A DNA stretch of 62,991 nucleotides, the filler included, from Asterionella formosa (Eukaryota): NCBI GenBank assembly GCA_002256025.1. It is 15 parts of 15 records of this genome, joined end to end, with 100 filler letters (N's around TTAATTAATTAA, not from the genome) between each part and the next. Parts side by side here need not be neighbours in the genome. Positions count along the whole stretch, not along the records: positions 25,053 to 26,401 come from NKIB01002881.1; positions 26,502 to 48,522 come from NKIB01002882.1; 13 more parts are not named here. The stretch is one strand, 5' to 3'. Below the pieces are notes generated by a model, which saw only the letters and a program-made list of their open reading frames with translations, ran no database searches and was not told where the DNA came from. Below are positions 25,401 to 38,900 of the stretch, piece by piece. The position numbers were made by a program, and so were the translations under genes. Each line of letters starts with the position of its first letter. Within the stretch, counting starts at the first letter, position 1.

Positions 25401-28400
25401 CCCCCTAGCCCCCCACCCCACCCCCATTGGATAGCCAGTTTGGAAGCCTTTCTCCGGCCGGCCATGGATGGTGGAAAAATCGATGGGATGGAAATTGCGT
25501 TGCCACAGCCAGTTATGTGGTTTAACTGCAGGTTTTGGTTGTCCTACATCAGCGTTTCATAAAAGATTTGAATAACAAAGAGGAATTTGAAGCGAAGGTG
25601 GGATTGAAACCCGAACGAAGAGGGAACAAGGTCATGCATGTTGTACTTACAATAGTACTATGTGAAGAACCTGGTACCATTATGTTGTGCATCTCAACCT
25701 TTGTATGGTTTCATATCCATATGCAGGACCACCGGTGCCAGTTCAAGTTATACTAATGAAAATGACGGAATATTATTTATGTTTCACATACATGATAAGT
25801 GAATTTGATTTGTACGGCCCTAAGTATGTAGGCCAATGAATAAACATCTGATCTTGACCATGGCAAACTTATTGGAATGAATTTCTCATCGAAAATTGAG
25901 ACAGTTTATTATTGCTATTTCTTACATGTATCTAGCCTAACATAGATGAGGTAATAGTTCCATAGAAAATAAAAATTTGCACTAGTATTAACAACAAAAG
26001 TTGAAATTGCCACTAGAATTTGGTTTCTTCATTGTTTTCTCAGTTTTGAGGACATGAACAAAAGAGTCCAAAGTGACTACCTTGATAACTTCTATTAGAT
26101 ATGAACAGGGTGAAGGAAGTTACTGACCCTATCATGAAGGAATGATGAACTGATTGGTGAATTATTTGTCAGTTAATAATAATAAATTTGAACCCTGGAC
26201 ATGGAAACAAATCACATCCAATACGTATATGCATATAGGGGAAATGAGGCATGATGAGGCCGATGGTCTTCCGAATTTTTTTTAAGGAAAAATTATGCTG
26301 ATGTTGGCTTTCTAAATTTTGGACCACGCTATCTATAGAGCTACATGCATACGGCCTCTTACATACGACATGAGGAAGAAGCTGCATACATTGATGGTGA
26401 GNNNNNNNNNNNNNNNNNNNNNNNNNNNNNNNNNNNNNNNNNNNNTTAATTAATTAANNNNNNNNNNNNNNNNNNNNNNNNNNNNNNNNNNNNNNNNNNN
26501 NCAATATGGGGCAAAGCAAATTTTTCGTTATTAAAAATTGGAGGGGCAGATTTTAGCATGACAGCCAGAATAACGGTTATATATAAGATATATACCGGTA
26601 TATAGAAATGCTCCCTCTCTTCAACTACGGTACCATATAGCTACCAGGTACGGTACCGTAGTTGCAACCAAACTTTGCAGCTTGGCCGATCATGAAGCGC
26701 AAGCTCCAATAATTCTCAAGCCAACAGTCCTTAATATTTAAAAAATATTCAGAACACAATGGTTTTTACAATATATATGTTCTAAGTTTAGAATTAGGTG
26801 AACCTGACTTCGGGGTTTTTTGGTGTGTTTTTCATAGAATTGCACCCCGATTGGAATGCTTGCTCCAGACCCCCTTTTTGTTGACCATTCATTTCTCAAT
26901 AGACATAGGAAGAAGGATTTGACACCAGAACAGCCAGTGACATTACATTGTCAATTGCTCGCTTCGCAACCTCAAAAAAGGGATGCTGGTGGAAATGATG
27001 ACATGGATGGCCGGCTTGTAGTAAATCTGGGTGTTCACCTACAGCTAGCAAAAAAATTCGACGTCAGTAGAATCATAATTTACTGTATCTGCATGCGCAT
27101 GTTCAAATCGTTCACAACAAACAGAGATGGTGAAACTTATCTGGCAGTGTCGCAGAAAAACAAGAATGGGAGATAGTACCACAGCTTAGAGGGCAAAACA
27201 AACATGCGGGCTGGCGAAATTCAAGTAAATTCAATAGCCCTAAACAATGCACATGCATCACTATTTAGCGATATGCTCGCCTAAATAAACTAATCGAACC
27301 AACGCACCTGTCGCATGTATCGTCTCGCATAGAAAATGTATATTGCTTCTACAGAGCCGGGCTTGTTTTAAGCACGTGGATCGAGCAGGCTGGCTGATAA
27401 AAAGAATTGTTGCAACTATAGTTGAACAGAGGGAGTACATATTATGCATTGGTGATGGTAAAACAAGCATCAAACGCACAAGAATGATTATAGCAACATA
27501 CAATCTCAATAAAATTGAACACAATGTTTGGAACAACCAAAGTATGATATCATGCAGTGTAATAAGTAGCATCATGTGAGAGAGAAAGAATTGCTTTGAG
27601 TTAGAAAAGAAGTATATATATCAGTTTCTGAGACCTATGCGTTGTGGTCGTAGCAGTACTTAAACAGGCAGCATTGACTTCCATCACACAATTGAAAGAA
27701 AAAAACACAGACAAGCAAGAAATTAAAACCCTGAACCCAATTGAGATCTGGATCATGCTTTAGAGTACTAGATGAGTTGGTCGTTGGAACCATTCACATA
27801 GGAAGCCTGGTGGTAGAAGAATCCAAGTAGCAGTCGTCGTCACCTCTGACCCAACCAAACAACCCTGATCATATGATTCTGTGCTTGATATCCAGGCCGC
27901 TGCCTCCTCTATCAATTCAACACATTGAATCAGCCATTATGCTTTTCGTGTACTAACTCGTTTTACTATCTTTCTAGCTACTCAGTGTTCTTGTTGCAAG
28001 CTATGTTTCAATATTTAGGAATGATTGCTGATTACATAGAAGAAAAATACTTAAAGACTAAAATTTACTTTGAAGTAACCAATGACAAGACAATAGCTGA
28101 GGCGGAATTATCACTTGATAACTGAGGTGTAGGACTCTCTTATTGGCATCAGATAATAGGTATAGTAGCATCCTGGCTGGCACCAGTGAAAGACTGCTAG
28201 TATGACCCCTAAAATATTTTTGGAACTGCGTGACCCACTGAACAAGAGAATAACATGTTTTGCCCCTTCCAAATGCCGACATGTTAATTTTGAAACTTTG
28301 ATCCCAATCCTGAGCATGTACACGTTTTCAGGTTATTCCATTTGATATAAGTTTATAGCAATTGGTTTGTCCTAAAATAATTTTTGAAAAGTGATTACCC

Positions 28401-29282
28401 CATATTTTAAGCGAGGATTCATTGTTATATCATATACACAGTTAGATACAAAGATATCGCATTGGTTCATCATTTAGAATGGGACACCACAGTATGTATG
28501 CGGGATTTGCCACTGAAAGTATACAGTACTAGTATGTATTCTTTGGTTCTACTAAACACACACTATGTTTAATAACAAATCATTGGTACTCTTGCTGAAA
28601 GTCAAAAATATATAATTGTTGATTGCTATATATATCTGTTGAGTAACAGGACATAGCTATCCTGATGTGGAATCAGGAATCTGTGTAATTTACGAACATC
28701 AGAATCCCCCATGCATATGATTACTACACCCATACTTATGTTCCTCTGCTGTCTTTTAATGTTTCATGGCTGACCTTCCTTCATGCTCCTTGTGTCACAT
28801 TTTGTAATCAGGAAAATACACATGAAATCTAGTTGTCATATTTTCAGGGTCCTCATCACTGTCAAAGTCTATAGCCATGGCAATGCAGTGATTGCCACAA
28901 CTTTATTTGGTTCTAATTAATCTCCTTGAATGAAAGCTTGGAAGATAAAAGAATTAAGCATGCAAATGAAAAGAAACATTGGAATTTCCACAGGTTTGGA
29001 ATTTTTCCCTTTGGACAAAGGATTTTATTCTTGTGCATATTGTCTAAATTATAATTATTTCCTACAATCAGTCAATTCTCATGACATGAGATGTTTTGTG
29101 AATTTCTTGGTGATGAAATCTGTCAACCTTGACAACCAAAACTGATGCAAATGACTTGAAAAGGCTACCAGATGAATGGAGGAAAATATGGTGCCCAATT
29201 CAGGTATGTAGAACAGTTTCCAACTTTTACACACTGAATGAACATTCTGTCAAGTAATTCTAACACGCTATCCAAAGTATTC

Positions 29283-32200
29283 CTAAAACTTGGCTTTTGC
29301 CTTCTGCTCCCAAAATGAAGCAATTGATCCGATTTTTTCTTTCCTGGCAACATCCTGTTGCTTCCATACACTCATACTCTCTTTGGTCCCCAAAGTGTCA
29401 ACCCTTCCATTGGGCAGCACTTCATTTTGGTGAAAATTTTCCACTTCTTCACTCATCCTTCTAGATACCATTTCTTGCTCATACAGACTGTCAACAACCT
29501 GTTCATCGAGCAAAACAGGTACTGACCTTCTACGTAGAAGTACCATGTGATTCAGTACAAGCCATCGTCTGATGACGCTTTGGACAACTAGGATATCGGC
29601 CATGGTGTGCAAGTAATTCATCTGAGCATCATAGCTTCTCCACCGCGTCTGGATGATCATTGCCCCAATGCACTCCTCAAAAGCTTTGCCTTGATGATTC
29701 TTGTATTCATCAGGTTCAATTACTTCATCAACCGTGGGCTCCTCATTAAAAGCACTGATTGCTTTACGAAGTAAATAACCACGCATGATAGCCTGAATGT
29801 TGATTACATGATAAATCTTGGCAGTGAAGTGAGATCGAGCAAGAACCATCCTGATAAAAGACTGCAGCAAAACAATGCAGTACCTTTCGATTTGGTAGCT
29901 CTCACTGATCAGTTTGCGAAGTAGGTATCCTCTTGTCACTGCCTGGATGTTGATGGCATATGATATCGTGTAAGCAGCTCGTTGTCGAGCAAGGGTCATT
30001 CGAGCAAATGACTGAATCAAAATTATACGATATAAATCGAAATGATAGTTCAAGCGACAGAGGTATCGCCTAAAATTTTGTTGAATCATTGTGGCACAAT
30101 AATTTTCAACATGAAGGGAATCACGAACCCACCACCCCCTAAAAATACTTTGAATCTTCACAGCGGCAAGAATGAACAATTTGTATGTCATATCTGAAAA
30201 TTCCTGGTCGTGCTGTTTCATCAGCTCAGCCTTTTGCTCAAGAGTTGGTACTTTGGACAACGCAATTTGTCGTGTTGGTCCAAGCATTTGCACCGAAGAC
30301 TGCTCCTGTGAAATTTGAACCTTACGACGTTCACGAGGAAATGCTCCCAGTTGATCCTCAGCATCCACAATTTCACGGTCACCAAACTCCTCCTGCATAT
30401 TTTCAAACAATTGCATTGTCAAAAATCGACGCACGGCAGTTTGAATCACAACAGCCGCAACAACAGCAATAAAGCTATTGTGATTGCCATCGTCATCATA
30501 GTCATACGCATATAATTCATAGTAATCCTCGTTCTCAACCCATTCTTTCCTATTGTGTTCACACCATTCGTCGAACGACTCCTCTGATGACTTAGATACA
30601 GAGATTAAATTCTGTAGTGCCTCCTGTGAAAAGGAGCTTACCTTCATAGCATGCCCACGTATTGGCGAAAGTTCAATCCCGTTAGTACCAGTAAATTCGT
30701 TGTTTGCTGGCGGCGGCAGGGATATTGGTGTTTCAACACTTCCAGACGACGAAATTGGCACTTCAGCAACTCGCTCCTTCGGACTTAGAGCCCTGCTAAC
30801 GTCAAAAGGATGCTCCGATGACATACTTCTCGTCAACAAAATGGGAGGAATCATTTTAGTAGTGGACCCGTCTTGGGGAGAGATTTGTAGACTTCCAGGA
30901 GGTGATTTCCACTTCACTGCCTTGGTGCCATGCACCTTCAATTCGCGCTCCGATTCTTCTGGTAGATTCTCTCCCATTGCGGGCGAAATATTTTCCGTGA
31001 AGTTGCCATCAAAACCAATGATTCCAAAGGAGTAATCAGATGGTGGATCTGGCCCACCTATGGACTCGATTCTATTGTCAGCAAAATTTACCCGGCTTCT
31101 AGTGCCCCGTAGCGAGGCGGAGGGCAAAGCAGTCTTGCCCATAGACGGTTCATTGGATGAACAGCCATCGTGAACAGGACGACGCCTATGGGATTTTCTT
31201 AATATTGATGGTGGTTTCTCGGTGGAAGGTAGAGGTGGGTTTCGTGGAATCAGCGGCGTTGGTTCCGGTAAATGGGAAGGATAGATTTTGTAAACGGTAC
31301 TGATGTCCATTCCAGAAACAGGGAAAAATTCAAGACCATCGCCGTTCACAGAATCGTCTAAATCAACAGGTCCAGAATATTTCCTGAGAAATTTAGAGGT
31401 AGGTTCGTTTCTTTTATTGGTCTCGGAAACCTGAGAAAATCCATGATGCATAGAATTTCGCGTATGAGTAACCGGAAGGTTTTGATCTTCTTCGCTTTGA
31501 CAAACTTGCTGCGGTCTTCGCGGTATCGTATCATTTTCGTGATGAGGCAGCCTTTGCTGCGTTAGATTTCCATCGATAATTAGAGGGTTTATTGGAGCAG
31601 CATGTTCTATAGTATCAACACCAAAAGAAAAGCTGGTCGACAGAAGGGGAAAGTCAGCGTCTTTTATCCACTCTTCTGGCTCCATAGAATCCCTAATGCC
31701 CAAACTGTTTTGGTCACCACTAACCGAACTCTCTTGTGTTGACGATTGATCTTCCGACGACTGCGATACAAATGGCACGCCTCGTGGGGATTGTTGATCA
31801 GAGTTGGCCAGTTTTGGATTACCGCTCGCAAATGCTTGCTTATTCCTTCGCACCAACCCATATCTTGCAATCAAACTTCTGCGCCTTTCGATCGGTGAAT
31901 CATCTGTACCGCGGATATATCGCTTGGGCTCCTCCACTGAACTGCTCAATCGCAGGACAGGCGGCATATTGAGTATGCGACCTTCCCTTTTTTTGATTTC
32001 CTTTTTCCTGCCATATTTCTTATCATTCTTCTTGGGTTGATTCTTATCCGTATGTTTTTTCCGAATCAGCTCTTGTTGTGACCAGCCAGTAAGAACAGAG
32101 CCATTTTCAAAGGCATCACTAAACATGAGTAGAGATTGTGTAGGCACTGACCGATGTTCGTGGCTGAGTTGTTGCATATTCATCGAAGTTTTCGAGCCAC

Positions 32201-32633
32201 GTGTTTTTCGCTGTTTCAAGTACTCACTTGCCTTCCGATGCAGTATCTTCTGCTCTTCATAAATGTGAGGCTGATCGTAGGGCGTTCGGTACATCAATGA
32301 TCTTGTTGAACTCATGGAACGAAACAGAGGCCTTCCACCCTCGCATGGCACTTGCTCCCGTTCTACGTCGTGATAGATGGGTTCCAAAGTTGACATTTGA
32401 AGCATGTACTGATTCGATTGTGACCGTTGCTGCAGAAGAAGTTGCTGCTTGCCGAAGTCATTCCGTATTGACTTCACCACCTTAATTTGAGTTCGATTCT
32501 CCAACGAACGACCACTGCTAGAGGCATCAAAATTGACGGTAGAAGTGGAGTGTCCACGATCGCCAGCTTCCAATGCATCTCCATAGTAGTCTGGCCCATG
32601 ATAGATGCTCAGCACAGTAGCATTTGAAGTCAT
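29283..32633 (-). CDS. Large multi-IQ-motif (calmodulin-binding) protein, 1116 aa
   Basis: Uninterrupted ORF. Ser/Pro-rich N-terminal ~700 aa then about 9 IQ motifs (IQTAVRRFL, IQSIFRGWWVR, IQQNFRRY, IQSFARM, IQAVTRGYLLRK, LQSFIRM, IQAIMRGYLLRK, IQTRWRSY, VQSVIRRWL). Confidence 0.88.
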   Translation of the reverse strand: MTSNATVLSIYHGPDYYGDALEAGDRGHSTSTVNFDASSSGRSLENRTQIKVVKSIRNDFGKQQLLLQQRSQSNQYMLQMSTLEPIYHDVEREQVPCEGGRPLFRSMSSTRSLMYRTPYDQPHIYEEQKILHRKASEYLKQRKTRGSKTSMNMQQLSHEHRSVPTQSLLMFSDAFENGSVLTGWSQQELIRKKHTDKNQPKKNDKKYGRKKEIKKREGRILNMPPVLRLSSSVEEPKRYIRGTDDSPIERRRSLIARYGLVRRNKQAFASGNPKLANSDQQSPRGVPFVSQSSEDQSSTQESSVSGDQNSLGIRDSMEPEEWIKDADFPLLSTSFSFGVDTIEHAAPINPLIIDGNLTQQRLPHHENDTIPRRPQQVCQSEEDQNLPVTHTRNSMHHGFSQVSETNKRNEPTSKFLRKYSGPVDLDDSVNGDGLEFFPVSGMDISTVYKIYPSHLPEPTPLIPRNPPLPSTEKPPSILRKSHRRRPVHDGCSSNEPSMGKTALPSASLRGTRSRVNFADNRIESIGGPDPPSDYSFGIIGFDGNFTENISPAMGENLPEESERELKVHGTKAVKWKSPPGSLQISPQDGSTTKMIPPILLTRSMSSEHPFDVSRALSPKERVAEVPISSSGSVETPISLPPPANNEFTGTNGIELSPIRGHAMKVSSFSQEALQNLISVSKSSEESFDEWCEHNRKEWVENEDYYELYAYDYDDDGNHNSFIAVVAAVVIQTAVRRFLTMQLFENMQEEFGDREIVDAEDQLGAFPRERRKVQISQEQSSVQMLGPTRQIALSKVPTLEQKAELMKQHDQEFSDMTYKLFILAAVKIQSIFRGWWVRDSLHVENYCATMIQQNFRRYLCRLNYHFDLYRIILIQSFARMTLARQRAAYTISYAINIQAVTRGYLLRKLISESYQIERYCIVLLQSFIRMVLARSHFTAKIYHVINIQAIMRGYLLRKAISAFNEEPTVDEVIEPDEYKNHQGKAFEECIGAMIIQTRWRSYDAQMNYLHTMADILVVQSVIRRWLVLNHMVLLRRRSVPVLLDEQVVDSLYEQEMVSRRMSEEVENFHQNEVLPNGRVDTLGTKESMSVWKQQDVARKEKIGSIASFWEQKAKAKF

Positions 32634-32921
32634 GCTTGCCTCGGTTGCCTTCGCTACTTTCTTGCTGCGGTCGACGGATGATGTATGTTTTTAGTGAGTA
32701 TTGCTGTGCTTGTTGTTTATTGGCAACTCTATGTAGTGCGCCATCTATGTGTATGTAGCCATACCGGTACTTCTACAAATAAACCATTCAGTCTTTTGCT
32801 CGACGAATCAGGAAAGTGTGGTTTAGCTCTCCAAAGTTTCGATTTGCTTACACGACACGTCTGTCCGTTGAGATTCTCCGCGATGTACGACGGTTATTTT
32901 AGAAAACTCCTGGGCGTACTA

Positions 32922-33460
32922 CAGCAATTCCCGCTCCAGCTACGGTATCGTCTTGCCATTCGGATACTTCTAAGTAATTTTTAGGCTCTAGGTAATCTCT
33001 TAAGTAATTGATATTTAGGGGCAATATGGGGCATATCGATTTTTTCGACAGAATGAAAATTGCCGATTTTAGGATGACAGCCAGAATAACGGTAAAATAC
33101 ATAAAAAGGGTACAACAAGCGTAAAACACACAAGAGTGATTGTAACATGCAACATCAATGAAAATTGAACATGATGTTTGGAGCAACCAAAGTATGAAAT
33201 GCGATGTAATAAGGAGCGTCAAATGAGAAATAGAAAAAATTGTTTTGGGTTAGAAATGAAATAAAAAATAAGAGTTCCAATGGAAACACACTATGCATTG
33301 TGAATCATTGTAGTTCTTACACACCAGGCAACATTGACTTTCCATCGCCACACAATCGAAGACCGAAAGAAGAAGAAAAAAAGCTCAACCCAATGTAGAC
33401 CTGCATCGTTATAGCAACCATGCGCATCGTTGTAGTAGCCTGACACCAGTAGCAGTATTT
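32922..33460 (+). repeat. Family B copy, ~290 bp upstream of the IQ gene start
   Basis: Collinear with 7832-8360. Confidence 0.82.
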
Positions 33461-36228
33461 CCGCCACAGTCATTCCTCTCCGCCCACCAAACAAGCAACC
33501 CTGATCATTCCATTCTGAGCAAGCGTGATCGTCACGTAACTACAGCACTATTGACTCTCTCTAGCTGAGTATTCATGTAGCTTCTGATACGAACTCGTAG
33601 TAGAAATGTAGCAAAGCGCGTTAGTACAAGAAAAGCATTGCTTGGTGGCAATTTAGACATCATTGCCAACGACTATACAAATCAACAAATACAATCAATA
33701 ACAATACATCATCAAAGAGTAGTCAACAATAAATGCATTGGTTCTTATTTAGATATGTACAATCGAAACAAAACGACAGTGCGTAACGACAAACAACGAT
33801 GGAAGCGATCAAAACAAACCATGGAAGCAATCAAATCGGAAAGTCGATAAATACAATCTACAATCCATATTCAGTGTTTCACTGTTGTACTTACCGATCC
33901 GCTTCAACTAGCAAAACAAGCAGCAGACGATGGGATCAAAGAAAGACGAATGTTGCCTATTGCAAGCCGGAATAGAGCAAAGGCAGGCAAGATAGAGGCA
34001 GTGAGAACTATATTTGTGAGGACGAAATTGGGCATACAGTATGTAAAATCAATGAATATGTGAACGATATAATTTAACATTCAGGTCTCGTAAAGATAAT
34101 ACCGAGTCTACAGCGATAATATTATAACGTGTTCAAAGTAAGCGTTAAAGTATAGCTTAAACCATGCATGGTTGTTTCTACTAGTACCACGTACATATGT
34201 AGACTAGCTAGATGACTGCCGGTACCGGTAGAATATCCGTTAAGCATCATTACATACATGACCGGAGCAAAAACTTGCCGCCAACATCAGATGTATCGAT
34301 ATCATTGTTCGTCCGACGAAAAATGGACGATGCGACTACATGAATGCCTCGAGAAGACAAGCAATCCAAAAACCAAGCGCATCCGCTAGAGAACGAATCA
34401 CTACTGGCTTCATTACTGAAATAATTTCGCTTCAAACCGGTCATAATGGACGACGATTGGCATGGTGAAAGGTGAATTGCCGGAGTCCACTTTTCAGGAG
34501 ATGAACAAAAACGAGGTGAATTCTAGATATAAATTTTTCAAATCTGTATAGTATAAAAAATGGTTTCCTTAAGTAGACCCCTTGCCGATTTTTTCGGCAA
34601 TTCCCGCTCCAGGTATCGAATTGCCATTTGGGAACTTCTTATTCACAACCTAAATTTTAGGTCAAACCGACACCTGAAAAATGGCCGGTACAAAATGTAT
34701 ACACGAGAACGACTTCTACCTCGGGCGGACCACACCCATCCATACCTAATACAGAAAGTACTGATAACACGTTCTTGCAGGGCGGAGCAGATGACAAAAA
34801 ATATTGTAACTATAGTATACACACAAGTTGTAAATTACGACTCACTATCACTTCATGTCAACCTCAACCAAATGATAGAATGTAGATGAAATGAATAGCT
34901 AGCTATTAGTAGTGTCAGTTCTACTTGTTCTGTTAAAAATTGTTGACAACATTCAACAATCGTGGCCTGATTCTTCGGTTGACTGCTTGAACCAAATTAA
35001 TTCCTATGTTCATTTCAATAACTACTAGTAGCAATTTATTAGCATCAAAGTTTCAAAATCAGAGTTTCGATGTTAACATTGTAATCTTTAGTAGTAGATT
35101 TATCCATAATGCTAGCTAGTTTGAATAATCTTGCACAATGTGAGTTTAGCTTCATGCACTCCTTGCATCGCTGATGAAGCCTCAATGATATGCTTATGGA
35201 GCGAGTTCAATCATCTCTTAAATCCATCAAAGAATCATGCTATTTGTGTGAATTCTTAACTACCCGACCTGCTTTATCAGCTTGCAACAAATGGCGGACC
35301 CTCAGTGACAAATTTGCATGACATGGTGTTAGAGAATCCAGAAAGCTTGATTCAATTCAACAATCAAAAATGCGGCAGAGTTTAAAAACTTGAAATCGGT
35401 GAATAATAAACAAACACGTTCGAAGGGTTTTTTAGCAATCAGAACAGGGTGGTTAATCGATGATAGCAGGCAATCAATTGGGCTTGAATTGGCGACGAAA
35501 ACGAAGACGTATGACTCTATACTAGTAGGCATGGATGGTAAACAAAATAAATCAGACGACTACATAATCAAATGAACATTTTCATGGCTGTCATGATATC
35601 TAGTCATCAACATTCTATTTTAAAATCACATCCACACATGCAACGAGCTGTTAGAATTGTGGTCGCATTACCAACATGGAACTATCACAAGATAATACAA
35701 CCCAAAGTTCACCTGCAATTTTGCTGCATACTAGCTAGTATTTCAGAGATTGACGAGACAGCCGCATGGGGGTGGACTTTGCTTGATTGCTGAGATAATC
35801 GTCGCCTCATACAAATGAGCAAATCCGTAGCTAGCAATGACAAAGGTGAGCCGTGGCAAACTGTAGACCGATCATATGGTTTTGCAATATTTAATGACAA
35901 GGACAAAGAAAAGTTCATGCCGACAAGATTCTACAACACACCGGTACGTACTGACATGTATGTATGCACATCCATCAGGTACCAGTGACCTGGTACCTCT
36001 TACCGGTATTAGTACTCCATAATATCATAGTAAGTCATAACCACCGTCCAGTATAATTCTCTGTTTATCTACCGGTACATCAATGCTCAATGTCAGGGGC
36101 GTATCAGGTACCTCGTAGCTACCTGGTACCGGTACATCCAATGCATCACGTACCGACCTCAAGCTAAGTACAGTATGAACCATCAGAATCCGTCATCCGC
36201 TTTACACTGTACAAAAGTATTGAATGCA

Positions 36229-36386
36229 GGGAGTCATTATTAGGTTTTCCCGCACCTAGAATTCCAAGAACTGAAAAGGAAGTTTAACTTCGTCTGTAGC
36301 CTTGTACCAACATTTGTCTGTAGCACCAGAAAGTATTCTCGATCATTTCCTGAATTTTAGGTGCGGAATATCCTAAAATGACCCTC
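36229..36386. mobile_element. ~155-bp MITE-like foldback element
   Basis: Left arm GAGTCATTATTAGGTTTTCCCGCACCTAGAATTCCAAGAA versus right arm TTCCTGAATTTTAGGTGCGGAATATCCTAAAATGACCC: an imperfect ~40-bp inverted repeat. Confidence 0.55.
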
Positions 36387-37829
36387 AGGGGCAATTAATT
36401 TAACCTAAAATTCCCCACCTTCTAAGTAATTTTTAGGCTCTAAGTAATTTTTATTTAGGAGCAAGATGGGGCACACCACATGCAACATGTTGTGCTTCAA
36501 ATTAGATGCGACAAAAAGGGTAAAAACTTATTTTATGTCTGAAATGTGGCCAAGATTGGCTGAAAGATAAAGTATTTGAAAATCGCGAAGTAACCATAAT
36601 TATATTTTTCGTAATTTTAGCTCTGGTATGTTTTGACGTAGAAACATCATGTAGAGGTAGTTGCAGCAGGGTGGTGAGGCTTGATAAAATACCTTTACCA
36701 TGACGACACTACTTGAAAAGTCAATTACCGGTAGTACTCTACCTACTGGTTTGTTTTGCTCCTCTATTCCAAAGGCCTATTGCCTTAGAAAAAGGATAAA
36801 GTCATGCCATGAATGCAACAGTTTTAGAAAAAAAGAAGCTGGTTATAATTTGGTGTAGCTAGAACAGAAAGACAAAAAGCAGATGCACGGAGATTATAAC
36901 TGACAGGAAGAGATCACTACAATCTGGAACGAAGCGCAATCGGTCTCACATTGCTGATGATACTACCACTGATTACATGAAGGAACCCAACTCAAAGAAC
37001 CTTATTCCTCTTTTTGACAATCAATTTCGGAACCTCCAAGGAATTTCATTGACAAATGATGACTACTACAGTCCAACAATCAGCAAAGAACAATTAATAA
37101 AGGAAAATGTGCTGCTAAAGGGTCTGCAAATAAAAACCATCATATTCCTATGATGCATCATAGGATTATGATCATCTGATCATAATTTTTCGTTATATCA
37201 TCTAATAATTTTGATAAATGCCCTCGTAATTTGAATAGTAACCCTTTTGACTATGGAAATTTATATATTATATGTATTGTTTCTTTCAGGTTCCTTTATT
37301 TAAATTTCTTGGTAAGATAATGTACCAGTTAAAGTAATGTGGTTTGGCTCATCATCCTCTCTAGTCCCCACTCTGATTCTTGCAACAACGACAAAGCAGC
37401 CATGTCAAGCAAGAGGAACGAGTGTTTGTGATAAAATCTACATTTTTCGTTCAAGTCATCATATGTTTTCGATGAATCATCATCTACATTGCACAGTATG
37501 TTTGTATGCAATCCGTTAAGAGCTTGAAAAGAAATCCAATGAAAACGAAATGGCTCATCACACAAGACGAATATTTCCGACCGGTCTGTCACCAGAGCAT
37601 CAATCAGTGTTACAACCTCTATCATACTAGCTAAACAACATCCATTATAGAACAGCACAATCTACTTCTTTGTAACATCGTCTCTCTAACAAGAACGTAA
37701 TACATCTAGAATTGAAACGCAGCATAGCAGGCGATATGCACAAAGAAGCATGAGACTGTCTATATATAGTAACAGAGTGATTCTGGTTTCGAAATTTTCA
37801 TATCTCATCAGATTTTCTTTGTCATCGTA

Positions 37830-38900
37830 CTAATTCTTGACCTTTGACAACAGGAGCGTATTCTTTGATGTATCTGGAATGGTTCAATGGATGGCAGCAG
37901 TTGGATTTAGACACAAACCTCGACAAAAGCACTACTTTGTAGATGTTCATAACAAGCGAGACACTTTGGCCTATCGAACACCAGCCAGTCTATACTGCAA
38001 AAATGCAAGAAGCACAAGTAAAATGCCCATTTATGGGTTCAAGTTTCAGTAGTGCAACAATGTAAAATATTAGAAACCGGAAGTCACATTTCATCTAATG
38101 ACGGTTTTCATTAGCTATACTAGCTAGTATTGATTGAGAGGAAGCAATTGTAGAATGCCAAACGGGCGGGGGCAAACACAGAGAATCCTACTAAGTTTTC
38201 TCCCCAATGATCCCAGACCCTTCTTGAATGTCACTTTGTCACTTGCTACAGAAAATGGAGAACAGCCGCCATGATCTGTTGATTGTTGCTTTATGGTGCC
38301 ACTGACTGAGACCTCCAGAAATCTCAATGAGTTGCTTGTTTCTTGACTTGAATGCAAATGGGATCGAAACCAGTGGAAAAATCAAAAGGTAACCAAAAAT
38401 GCTCTGCAGACATCAGGACAATTATGAAAGAGAAATGAAGGTTCTTGGGAGGAGAAGTAAAGGGATAATTGCTTCTGTTCTTGCGGGAACAAGAATGGAT
38501 TGACCCAAACAATGTTGACAAATAGGTACCTACGGGAAAAGGAAGCAATGCTTTTGGCATCATCAATCTATACACAAGCCTGCGCCACCTGACATCAATA
38601 TAGCTACCTCGACTTCATCAATGAAGAATTCAATGGGTGGAGCATGTGAGGAAAATCGGGGTTGAGGTTTTCTTGACGCCAACGTGGACCTGCTTGGCTG
38701 AACTCCTTGCAGATGAAGGCATTGAGTACCCTGGGCCTGTGAAGCCAAAGGATAAAGAAAAATCTACGACAAGGGTGGTGAGATATTGTTTAGGAGGGGG
38801 GAGCAAAAGATATCATAGCTGAACGCATTCGAAACTTGTATAGACAATAAATGGTGACATGCCATGGCTGCTCTTGGCTGACAGTTGCCAAGTCAAGTAC
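37830..38900 (+). pseudogene. IS630/Tc1-like (DDE_3) transposase relic
   Basis: Fragments GFRHKPRQKHYFVDVHNKRDTLAYR (cf. KxxYxDGHExxxxxxYR), EWIDPNN...AFGIINLYTSLRHL and HVRKIGVEVFLTP..AELLADEGIEY (cf. PKxHxEL..IE); many frameshifts. 38365-39468 has an inverted paralog at 48829-49970. Confidence 0.58.
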
